Shown: piece after piece, positions 54,794 through 62,536 of the stretch | Numbering within the stretch: position 1 is the first letter of the stretch | Layout: each line of letters begins with the position of its first letter | Origin: Candidatus Omnitrophota bacterium | Lineage (GTDB): Bacteria > Omnitrophota > Gorgyraeia > Gygaellales > Profunditerraquicolaceae | NCBI GenBank assembly: GCA_028715415.1 | Contig: JAQURX010000012.1 | Coordinates: 1-62,536, forward strand | Reading direction: 5' to 3' | Length of the DNA: 62,536 bases | Translations under genes and position numbers: made by a program | Notes under the pieces: generated by a model | The model's database searches: none | The model's input: only the letters and a program-made list of their open reading frames with translations | What the model was told of the DNA's origin: nothing

Positions 54794-55689
54794 GTATAAT
54801 TGTCTTAGGAACTGTAGCTTTAGATACTGTTAAAACGCCTTTTGGCATAAGAGAACATATGCTGGGAGGTTCTGCTGTGCATTTTTCAATGTCTGCAAGG
54901 CTTTTTACGGATGTAAATTTAGTTGCGATTATTGGGAAAGATTTTCCTAAGAAGCACATTGATTTTCTGCGCAATAAAGGCATTATCCTTTCTTCTTTAA
55001 TTAAAGATTCAGGGAAAACTTTCCGTTGGGAAGGGGAATATAAAGGAGATTTAAATACAGCGCTTACTTTGGATACTCAATTAGGCGTTCTTTCTGTATT
55101 TAGGCCGAGTGTTTCTAATGAACAAAAAAGGATTAAGAATATATTTCTTGCAAATGTCGATCCAGATATACAAAGGCATTTGTTAAAGAGTATGCATTGC
55201 CCTGAATTTGTCGGCCTTGATAGTATGAATTTCTGGATTAACAATAAACGCGCCTCTCTTTTAAAATTGCTTAAAGAAGTGGATATCTATGTTGCCAATG
55301 ACCAGGAAGCAAGGGCGCTTTCCGGGGAAAGTAATTTAATCCGCGCAGCAAAAACATTAGTTTCATATGGCCCAAAGATGGTTTTGATAAAAAAGGGCGA
55401 ACACGGGCTTCTTTTTTATAGTAAAGAATTCCTTTTTTTGCTTCCCGCGTTCCCTACGGACAAAGTGATTGATCCTACCGGGGCAGGGGATACTTTTGCC
55501 GGAGGATTTATGGGGTATCTGGCAAAGGCGAGAAAGATAAATCACCTTAATATTAAAAATGCTCTTGCCTATGGGACAGTTGCCGCGTCTTTTAATGTGG
55601 AAGGCTTTGGCGTTGAAAAAACCAGCAAACTTAAAGTAACTGATTTAAACAAGAGGTTAAAGCAGCTTAGGAACCACGTTATATTTTAA
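54790..55689 (+). CDS. PfkB-family carbohydrate/nucleoside kinase
   Basis: The ATG at 54790 overlaps the uppP stop (ATGA). Carries DPTGAGDTFAGGF. Confidence 0.75.
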   Translation: MSIIVLGTVALDTVKTPFGIREHMLGGSAVHFSMSARLFTDVNLVAIIGKDFPKKHIDFLRNKGIILSSLIKDSGKTFRWEGEYKGDLNTALTLDTQLGVLSVFRPSVSNEQKRIKNIFLANVDPDIQRHLLKSMHCPEFVGLDSMNFWINNKRASLLKLLKEVDIYVANDQEARALSGESNLIRAAKTLVSYGPKMVLIKKGEHGLLFYSKEFLFLLPAFPTDKVIDPTGAGDTFAGGFMGYLAKARKINHLNIKNALAYGTVAASFNVEGFGVEKTSKLKVTDLNKRLKQLRNHVIF

Positions 55690-55702
55690 GGAATTTAAAG
55701 CT

Positions 55703-56044
55703 ATGAAAGAGCTAACAGACTTTAAAGAATTAAAGAAAATTAAAAACCTTAATGAAGAATTCTTTAGCTTCATCAAAAGTTACGGAGTTATTGGCGTAGC
55801 CGTTGGTATTGTAATGGGCCAGGCAGTGGCAAAGGTTATTAATGTTATCGTTGAAGCTTTGGTTATGCCAATATTAGAAGTTATCCTACCCGGGTCTAAA
55901 TGGCAAGAGGCTGTTTTTCATTTGGGAAGAGTAAATATTAAGATTGGTTTAGTAATTGCTGCTTTTATTGATTTCTTGGCGATATCTTTGGTTATGTTTT
56001 TTGTGGTTAGGTATATTTTAAAAGTTGAGCATCATAAGGAATAA
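55703..56044 (+). CDS. mscL: Large-conductance mechanosensitive channel
   Basis: F.KSYGVIGVAVGIVMGQA..V..IV..LVMP has MscL-like TM1 and periplasmic-loop pattern. Length is 113 aa. Confidence 0.7.
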   Translation: MKELTDFKELKKIKNLNEEFFSFIKSYGVIGVAVGIVMGQAVAKVINVIVEALVMPILEVILPGSKWQEAVFHLGRVNIKIGLVIAAFIDFLAISLVMFFVVRYILKVEHHKE

Positions 56045-56057
56045 AAGAGAGGCTTAA

Positions 56058-56504
56058 ATGTTAGAAGAAAAAATCCTGAATGATTACAAGGAAGCAATGA
56101 AGAGCAGGGATACTATTAAAAGCTCAGTCTTAAATTTCTTACGCGCAGACTTAAAATACGCAGCTCTTAATAAAAAGAAAGATACTCTGGAAGATGCGGA
56201 TGTGGTCACGGTATTAAAAAAACACATTAAACAGCACCAGGATTCTATTGAACAGTTTAAGAATGGGAATCGTCTTGATTTGGCGGATAAGGAAGCAAAG
56301 GAGTTGGAGGTTTTAAAAACATATCTTCCTCCTGAATTATCAGCTGATGAGATTAAAAAGGTTATTGAGGAAGTAGTAGCTGCTGTTGCTCCCTCTGGCA
56401 TGAAGGATATGGGTAAGGTGATGAAAGAAGTAAACGCTAAGGTTGCGGGTAAAGCCGATGGAAAATTAGTCAGTGATTTGGTAAGGGAAAGATTATCAAA
56501 ATAA
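56058..56504 (+). CDS. GatB/YqeY-domain protein
   Basis: 148 aa with LKEAMKSRD..L..LRADLK.. and a C-terminus typical of YqeY. Confidence 0.8.
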   Translation: MLEEKILNDYKEAMKSRDTIKSSVLNFLRADLKYAALNKKKDTLEDADVVTVLKKHIKQHQDSIEQFKNGNRLDLADKEAKELEVLKTYLPPELSADEIKKVIEEVVAAVAPSGMKDMGKVMKEVNAKVAGKADGKLVSDLVRERLSK

Positions 56505-57617
56505 ATGAAAATGGAAACATATTTTTTAAGCAATGAGGATATTTTAAAATTCTACGATAGGATTGTCAAGGATTACCAGCTTTATGTTCCTGTCAAAACA
56601 AAAACTCCTATTAAGATAGCCTGCGATTATGGGTTTAGCCTGCCAACAGACGATTATATCTTAAAAGAATATTCTGCCGTAAATAAAGAAGAGATTGTAT
56701 TTAACGAATATCGTCCGATTGAGCCGGTTCGTACTTTCTTCAATCAATATAAAGAAGAAGTCGGTGAATACTTTGCACAGGAAACTATTGAAAAAGATAA
56801 GAAAGAAAAGCCGGTTGCTATTTCCGGTATAAAAAATTGCGATATTTTTTCTTTAAAAATACAGGATTTCGTGTTTTTAGGAAAAGATGATGACATCGTT
56901 GACCCATTTTATAAAAAAAGAAGGCAAGACGCTTTGATAATTTCCGGGGATTGCCCGGGTTTTAAAGAAGCTTGTTTCTGCCGGGCATTTGATATAAATC
57001 CTTATTGTGAACAAGGTTTTGATTTTAATCTATCAGTACTTAACAATGGGTATCTGGTTGATGTGAATTCTAAAAAAGCAAATTTGATAGCCGGTTCAAT
57101 CAGAGATTTGCTTACTCCGGCTACTTTGGGGCAATTATCCGGCAGGTCCGCTAAAAGAGATGCTGTAATACGAAAACTAGATGAGCATTTAAGCCATCAC
57201 AAGATACCCAAGAAGGAAGTTTTGCAGGAAATAGTAAAGGCAGGGCATAATTCGCAAATTTGGCATGAACAGATGCGGACTTGTGTTGAGTGCGGAGGAT
57301 GTATTTTTATGTGCGACACCTGCCATTGTTTCTTGCTTTCTGATGAAATATCCGGGAATAACTCAAAAAGGCTGCGTGTTTGGGATGGATGTTTACTTAA
57401 GAATTTTACCCGTGTTGCGGGAGGGGGGAACGCTTTAAAGATGCGCTATATGAGGTTGCGCAACCGGTATATTAAGAAATTTGATTTTTTTATTGATAAC
57501 ATTGGTTTTCAGGCTTGTTGTGGCTGTGGCAGGTGCATTGATGTCTGCCCGGGGCGCATTGATATTAGGAATATCTTAAGAAGGCTATATGATGAAAAAT
57601 ATCTACCAGCCAGTTGA
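56505..57617 (+). CDS. AsrA/HydB-like Fe-S subunit (anaerobic sulfite reductase A / sulfhydrogenase beta-like)
   Basis: Carries the Cys clusters CVECGGCIFMCDTCHC and CCGCGRCIDVCPGRID. Confidence 0.65.
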   Translation: MKMETYFLSNEDILKFYDRIVKDYQLYVPVKTKTPIKIACDYGFSLPTDDYILKEYSAVNKEEIVFNEYRPIEPVRTFFNQYKEEVGEYFAQETIEKDKKEKPVAISGIKNCDIFSLKIQDFVFLGKDDDIVDPFYKKRRQDALIISGDCPGFKEACFCRAFDINPYCEQGFDFNLSVLNNGYLVDVNSKKANLIAGSIRDLLTPATLGQLSGRSAKRDAVIRKLDEHLSHHKIPKKEVLQEIVKAGHNSQIWHEQMRTCVECGGCIFMCDTCHCFLLSDEISGNNSKRLRVWDGCLLKNFTRVAGGGNALKMRYMRLRNRYIKKFDFFIDNIGFQACCGCGRCIDVCPGRIDIRNILRRLYDEKYLPAS

Positions 57618-58407
57618 GGCTGTAATTGAAAATATAATTCAGGAAACCTCTGCTATAAAGACTTTTACTTTAAAGCCGAAAACAGATTTTTCATTTGTGA
57701 CGGGGCAATTTATTGAATTAACCGTTCCCGGCTTAGGAGAAGCGCCCTTTACTCCGTCGTCTGACCCCGGAATTAAAGAAAGAATGGATGTTACCATAAT
57801 GAAGACTGGGGCAGTTACTTCAAAACTACACGAGATGCAAAAAGGGCAGGTGGTTGGCATTCGCGGGCCATTCGGAAAAGGGTATCCTTTGCATAAATTT
57901 AAAGGTAAGGATCTTTTAATTGTCGGAGGTGGCGTAGGCCTTGCCCCTTTGCGTTCATTGTTATTTAGTTTATTTTCAACTATTGATAATTATAATAAAG
58001 TATTGCTGCGTTATGGATCTCGGACCGCCAATGATATTGTTTACAAAGGCTCAATTGGGGAGTGGGCAAAAAGGGATAAGTTTGATATTGTTACTAGTGT
58101 TGATATAGGTGACCCCAGCTGGCAGGGGAATGTGGGTTTGGTTACCACTATATTAAAAGATATGCCTATAGATTTAAATAATGCTTCGGCGATTGTCTGC
58201 GGCCCGCCGATTATGATGAAATTCGTAACTTTAAAATTATTGGATTTAGGCTTTAAACCAAAAGATATCTATTTATCAATGGAAAAAAGCATGTCTTGCG
58301 GCCTTGGTAAATGCGGCCACTGCCGTTTGGGAAAGTTTTATATTTGTAAAGACGGCCCGGTATTTACATACGAGGAATTAAAAGATATACACGATATTTG
58401 GGATTAA
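57589..58407 (+). CDS. AsrB/HydG/PyrK-like FAD/NAD(P)-binding subunit with C-terminal [2Fe-2S]
   Basis: Carries APFTPSS (RxxS-type FAD motif), GGGVGLAP and CGLGKCGHCRLG..ICKDGPVF. Confidence 0.7.
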   Translation: MMKNIYQPVEAVIENIIQETSAIKTFTLKPKTDFSFVTGQFIELTVPGLGEAPFTPSSDPGIKERMDVTIMKTGAVTSKLHEMQKGQVVGIRGPFGKGYPLHKFKGKDLLIVGGGVGLAPLRSLLFSLFSTIDNYNKVLLRYGSRTANDIVYKGSIGEWAKRDKFDIVTSVDIGDPSWQGNVGLVTTILKDMPIDLNNASAIVCGPPIMMKFVTLKLLDLGFKPKDIYLSMEKSMSCGLGKCGHCRLGKFYICKDGPVFTYEELKDIHDIWD

Positions 58408-58413
58408 AAAAAG

Positions 58414-58911
58414 ATGAAACGGTTATTCATTGATCTGGATATTTGCAATAAATGCGAGGAATGCAAGATTGTTTGCGAATATTTTTATCATTCGCAAAAT
58501 AACGGGGTTACTTCGTTAAGAGAGTACGCTACCTTTGCTACTATCTGCCGGCATTGCGAACAGGCTCCTTGTGTAAATTCATGCTATCATAATGCGCTGG
58601 AAAGAGCCAGTGACGGACACATTAAGCGTTACAAGATGCGTTGCACGAGTTGCAAGTCTTGTTCTGTGGCATGCCCTTTTGGGATAATATTTCAGGATTT
58701 TATTCCTTATCTTGATTCTAAATGCGATTATTGTATTGGCACCTCAAAAGAACTGCCAGTTTGCGTCAAGAGTTGCCCTCAACACGCTATAGAAATAAAA
58801 GAAATAGCAGAGGAAGATTTAGAAAAAAATATATATTTGGTTGGTGAACATTTGGCTGTGCATACCTTGAAATGGTCCAGAGAGGATGTTCAGCCTCCTA
58901 AGAAGAAATAG
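58414..58911 (+). CDS. HycB/DmsB-type multi-[4Fe-4S] ferredoxin subunit
   Basis: Contains four Cys groups, including CRHCEQAPCVNSC and CTSCKSCSVACPFG. Confidence 0.7.
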   Translation: MKRLFIDLDICNKCEECKIVCEYFYHSQNNGVTSLREYATFATICRHCEQAPCVNSCYHNALERASDGHIKRYKMRCTSCKSCSVACPFGIIFQDFIPYLDSKCDYCIGTSKELPVCVKSCPQHAIEIKEIAEEDLEKNIYLVGEHLAVHTLKWSREDVQPPKKK

Positions 58912-58919
58912 AAATTGAT

Positions 58920-59831
58920 ATGAAATTATTATTTAGTTACTTAATCTTTCCGGGTTTTCTGTTTAGCGCCATCGTTGGTTTAATGTCAGGTTGGTTTGAT
59001 AGAAAATTGTCTGCCCGGTTGCAATGGCGTGTTGGCCCTCCATGGCACCAGAATTTTACCGATTTAATAAAATTATTAGGCAAAGAAACCATTGTCCCTG
59101 TCGGTGCAAAATTTACATTTCTTTTGTCTCCCTATCTTGGTTTATTGAGCGTTGTTTTGGTAGCAGGTATGTTGGGAACTAATATTTTATTCCCGTCTAC
59201 AAGTTTTTCCGGAGACCTTATTGTTATTTTATATCTTCTTTTTATGCCGGCAATTGCCCTGATCTTAGGGGCTTCAGCTTCAAGGAATCCGCTTGCTTCT
59301 GTCGGGGCTTCAAGAGAAATGAAACTTCTTATCGCGTATGAACTTCCTTTTATTCTGTCAATTATCGCAATTATTATTAAAAGCCATGGTTCAATACAAA
59401 TAGGAGGCATTCTCTCTGAGCAATTAAGTTTTGGCTCAAACATAATGTCTTTTTCAGGTTTAATCGCTTTTGTTAATGCGTTATTTTGCATGCAGGCTAA
59501 ATTAGGCATAGCCCCTTTTGAAATATCTGAGGCTGAGCAAGAAATTATGGCAGGAGTTTTAATTGAATATTCCGGGCTTCCTCTTGCGGTCTTTAAATTG
59601 ACTAAAGCGCTGATGCTTTATACTCTGCCGCTTTTGCTAATTGTTTTGTTTTTAGGAAAAGATTTAAGCCCTTTGTTTATTATTCCTAAATTTATCGGCA
59701 TATTAATATTTATTATTTTAGTTAAGAATACCAATCCGCGGTTACGTATTGATCAGGCGTTAAAATTCTTCTGGAGAATACCATTGGCCTTGGCAATTTT
59801 GGCGGTGGTGTTAGCATTATTGGGGTTATAA
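58920..59831 (+). CDS. NuoH/HycD/EchB-like integral membrane subunit
   Basis: LSARLQWRVGPPWHQNFTDLIKLLGKE matches the NuoH-family loop. About 8 TM segments. Confidence 0.8.
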   Translation: MKLLFSYLIFPGFLFSAIVGLMSGWFDRKLSARLQWRVGPPWHQNFTDLIKLLGKETIVPVGAKFTFLLSPYLGLLSVVLVAGMLGTNILFPSTSFSGDLIVILYLLFMPAIALILGASASRNPLASVGASREMKLLIAYELPFILSIIAIIIKSHGSIQIGGILSEQLSFGSNIMSFSGLIAFVNALFCMQAKLGIAPFEISEAEQEIMAGVLIEYSGLPLAVFKLTKALMLYTLPLLLIVLFLGKDLSPLFIIPKFIGILIFIILVKNTNPRLRIDQALKFFWRIPLALAILAVVLALLGL

Positions 59832-59835
59832 TTAT

Positions 59836-60261
59836 ATGGATTTAAGAACAAAAGCTTTAACAAAATCTATCTGGGTGTTTCATGTGAGCGCAGGCTCTTG
59901 TAATAACTGCGACATAGAAATATTGGATTGTTTTACACCGCGTTTTGATATTGAGCGTTTTGGGATACAGCTCATTGGTTCAGTAAGGCATGCGGATGCT
60001 ATTTTGATTACAGGAGCCATGAATAGAAAGTCGGTAAAAAGGATGAAGAAAATCTATGAACAGGCGCCAAAACCGTGTGTTGTCGTTGCGGTTGGCCAAT
60101 GCGCATTAAGCAGGCATATGTTCAGGTTTAGCTATAACGTAGATGAACCATTGGATAAAATCTTGCCGGTTGACCTTTACATCCCGGGTTGCCCTCCTAA
60201 GCCAGAGGCTATGATTTCCGGTATAGTAAAACTGGTCAATAAGATGAGAAAGAGAAAATAA
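59836..60261 (+). CDS. Group-4 [NiFe]-hydrogenase small subunit (NuoB/HycG/EchC-like)
   Basis: Carries the GSCNNCDIE, GQCA and PGCPPKPE cluster ligand motifs. Confidence 0.85.
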   Translation: MDLRTKALTKSIWVFHVSAGSCNNCDIEILDCFTPRFDIERFGIQLIGSVRHADAILITGAMNRKSVKRMKKIYEQAPKPCVVVAVGQCALSRHMFRFSYNVDEPLDKILPVDLYIPGCPPKPEAMISGIVKLVNKMRKRK

Positions 60262-60263
60262 CT

Positions 60264-60701
60264 ATGGAAATGAAAGATAGGATTAAAGAAGGATTAGGCG
60301 GCAAAATCGTCAATTGGGAAGAGAAGAGGCCTCATAGGATTTATTTTGAGGTGAAAAAAGAGGATATTTTTGAGACGGTTAAATTTTTGTTCAAAAATCT
60401 GGGGTTAAGGTTTTCCATCGCAACCGGAATGGATAATCCTGATAATTTTGAGATGCTATATCATTTTAGTTTTGATAAAACCGGGGAATTCTATTCTGTG
60501 CGTGTTTTTATCAATGACAAAGAGAAGGCTCAAATTGATTCAATTACTCCGATATTTATCGGAGCGGAATGGATTGAACGTGAAATCTGGGAGATGCTTG
60601 GAATAAACTTTGTAGGGCACCCTAATTTAAAGAAACTGCTTCTTGATGATGATTGGCCGCAAGGCGATTATCCGTTAAGAAAAGATAATAAAAAAGGTTA
60701 A
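60264..60701 (+). CDS. NuoC/EchD/HycE-N-terminal-like subunit
   Basis: WIEREIWEMLGINFVGHPNLKKLLL is typical of the NuoC family. Confidence 0.75.
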   Translation: MEMKDRIKEGLGGKIVNWEEKRPHRIYFEVKKEDIFETVKFLFKNLGLRFSIATGMDNPDNFEMLYHFSFDKTGEFYSVRVFINDKEKAQIDSITPIFIGAEWIEREIWEMLGINFVGHPNLKKLLLDDDWPQGDYPLRKDNKKG

Positions 60702-60703
60702 AT

Positions 60704-61912
60704 ATGTCGCATAAAATCATCGTTCCTATCGGACCATATCATCCTCTTCAAGAGGAACCTGAATTTTTCCAACTCTTTGTTGAAGGTGAAAAAGTTGTAG
60801 ATATTGAAATTGTCATCGGATATAACCATAGAGGAATTGAGAAACTTGCGGAGTCAAAGCATCTTGACCAAGTTCCTTTTCTTGTAGAGCGTATCTGCGG
60901 GATATGTTCTTCAAGCCATCCCTATGCATATGTTTTGGCTGTTGAGGATATCTTAGGCGGTGAGCAGAGTATTGTTCCGGAAAGAGCTCTTTATATCCGC
61001 ACGATAATTGATGAGCTCCAGAGGATCCATAGCCATTTGTTATGGTTAGGTTTAGCAGGGCACTTCATTGGTTATAATACAGTCTGGATGTGGGCTTGGA
61101 AATACAGAGAGCCGGTTCTGGATATGTTTGAGATGGTCACTGGTAACCGTCAAAATTACGCAATGTTTAAGGTAGGAGGTGTGCGCAGGGATATTTTAGA
61201 TGAGGATATTCCTATCATAAAAAAGACTTTGGATGACTTGCTTCCTGCGATAGATATGTTTAAAGGCGCGGTTTCCGATGATCCTGTAATAAAGGCAAGA
61301 TTAAAGGGCGCCGGAATTTTAACTAAACAGCAGATTATTGATTGGTGTGTAGTCGGGCCTACGGCTCGCGCCTCTGGTGTAAGTATTGATGTAAGAAGAG
61401 ATGAACCTTATGGGGTCATTGATAGGGTTGACTGGAATTTGATTGTTGAAAAAGACGGTGATGTATTTGCTAAAACTCTTGTAAGGGTGCTGGAATTGTA
61501 TGAGTGTGTCAGCATTATCAGGCAATGCCTTGATAAAATGCCCAAGGGGCCAATTGACGCTGATATTAAAGATATTCCTGCCGGAGAAGGTATAGGAAGA
61601 GTTGAAGCTCCAAGAGGAGAGTGTTTCCATTATATAAAGACAGATGGGACAAACCGCCCGGTGCGGCTTAAGATACGCGCTCCAAGTTTTATGAATGTGG
61701 CATCCAATAAAGTTGGTTGCGTAGGAGGGACAATCTCAGACGCAGCACTTACTCTTGCTGCAGTTGACCCTTGTTATTGCTGTACGGAGCGCACCGCGGT
61801 TATTAATAAGATAGATAATAAAAAGTTGATGAATGGTTGGGATCTAATTAAGCTTTCGCAGGAGAAAACCAACAAGATAAAAGAGGATATTTCAAATGGC
61901 AGACTTAAATAA
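60704..61912 (+). CDS. Group-4 [NiFe]-hydrogenase large (catalytic) subunit (HycE/EchE/NuoD-like)
   Basis: The N-terminal Ni-Fe ligand motif RICGICSSSH and the C-terminal DPCYCCTER are both intact. A 39-aa extension follows the C-terminal motif. Confidence 0.85.
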   Translation: MSHKIIVPIGPYHPLQEEPEFFQLFVEGEKVVDIEIVIGYNHRGIEKLAESKHLDQVPFLVERICGICSSSHPYAYVLAVEDILGGEQSIVPERALYIRTIIDELQRIHSHLLWLGLAGHFIGYNTVWMWAWKYREPVLDMFEMVTGNRQNYAMFKVGGVRRDILDEDIPIIKKTLDDLLPAIDMFKGAVSDDPVIKARLKGAGILTKQQIIDWCVVGPTARASGVSIDVRRDEPYGVIDRVDWNLIVEKDGDVFAKTLVRVLELYECVSIIRQCLDKMPKGPIDADIKDIPAGEGIGRVEAPRGECFHYIKTDGTNRPVRLKIRAPSFMNVASNKVGCVGGTISDAALTLAAVDPCYCCTERTAVINKIDNKKLMNGWDLIKLSQEKTNKIKEDISNGRLK

Positions 61913-62513
61913 GATTAAAGAAAAGATCGCAAAAATGTCGGAAGTCGCCCTTGGGATGTGGAGAACTACTCATCAGGCTTTTATGGAACATGATATGGAT
62001 TTATTGGAAAAAGTCTTGGAAGATGAAAATAGGCTGAATAATTCTGAGAAGGAAATTGTTTCTGAGTTAGTGGCTTTTGTCAGGGAAACTCAGGATTTAG
62101 AAAAGAAGAATCAAGCAGTGTTGTTTACTGATATAGTGGGTGATTTGGAGATGATTGGAGACTATTGTAAAGATATCTTAGAAAGGGTCCAGATAAAAAT
62201 AGAAGAAAGGTTGCTTTTTAGCGAGGAAGCAGTGGTAGAATACGGGGAACTTTATAAAAAGACGGAAGATGCTCTTGAAGAAATTAACCGCGCGCTGGTT
62301 AAAGATTCTTTTTTGGCAGTAGGAGAAGTATTAAAGAAGCAGGAGCATATTGACAGCCTCGTTGATGAATATAGAAAAAAGCATAATGAAAGGATGATTA
62401 CAGGGTCCTGCAGCCCGATGGCCTGCAATATGTATTTAAATATGCTGGATTTTACAGCGGCGGTTTATTATCACACAAAGAAAATAGCCAAGAATTTATT
62501 AAAGATTAAATAA
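61896..62513 (+). CDS. PhoU-domain protein
   Basis: Two PhoU-like helical repeats (E..LN..E.EI; GDLEMIGDYCKDI). It overlaps the hydrogenase large subunit by 17 nt. Confidence 0.6.
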   Translation: MADLNKIKEKIAKMSEVALGMWRTTHQAFMEHDMDLLEKVLEDENRLNNSEKEIVSELVAFVRETQDLEKKNQAVLFTDIVGDLEMIGDYCKDILERVQIKIEERLLFSEEAVVEYGELYKKTEDALEEINRALVKDSFLAVGEVLKKQEHIDSLVDEYRKKHNERMITGSCSPMACNMYLNMLDFTAAVYYHTKKIAKNLLKIK

Positions 62514-62536
62514 TGAACGCATTGATTATTTGCATA

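Overview
This is an AT-rich, gene-dense 62.5-kb chromosomal segment with about 70 protein-coding genes. All but two of them (20555..21781 and 22683..23396) lie on the + strand. Gene content points to a strictly anaerobic diderm bacterium: there is a TonB-dependent receptor, a PagL-like barrel and a CsgG-like lipoprotein, alongside 2-oxoacid:ferredoxin oxidoreductase, hybrid-cluster protein, superoxide reductase, flavodiiron protein, rubredoxin and a group-4 [NiFe]-hydrogenase. I cannot assign a taxon from sequence alone.

I recognised no rRNA, tRNA, CRISPR array, transposase, integrase, phage or defence genes. Most of the window is housekeeping: gltD-like, pyrG, carAB, bioY, birA, mnmA, nadA, rluA-family, uppP, mscL and copA.

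Four blocks deserve attention:
1. 56505..61912 holds a HycE/Ech-type [NiFe]-hydrogenase core (NuoH-, NuoB-, NuoC- and NuoD-like subunits plus a HycB-like ferredoxin). It is joined to an AsrAB/HydBG-like NAD(P)H module and has no antiporter-like subunit.
2. 41397..48795 is an apparently Rrf2-controlled ten-gene sulfur operon: cysK, nfu, the COG1900/NIL-ferredoxin homocysteine pair, then a LarE-like / NifS / PurM-like trio with no lar genes.
3. 28089..40487 is a ~12-kb oxidative/nitrosative-stress island. It contains an unusual Tpx-pterin-carbinolamine-dehydratase fusion, an unannotated rubredoxin and a CxxC-polylysine micro-ORF.
4. 25667..28047 holds four uncharacterised envelope genes downstream of copA.

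I also report several sub-60-aa ORFs missing from the ORF track, operator-like palindromes, a recurrent TGnTAGAAT extended -10 element and a G+C-rich structured intergenic segment (11897..12100). All family assignments come from motif recognition by eye. No database search was run, and nothing here is demonstrably a new system without one.
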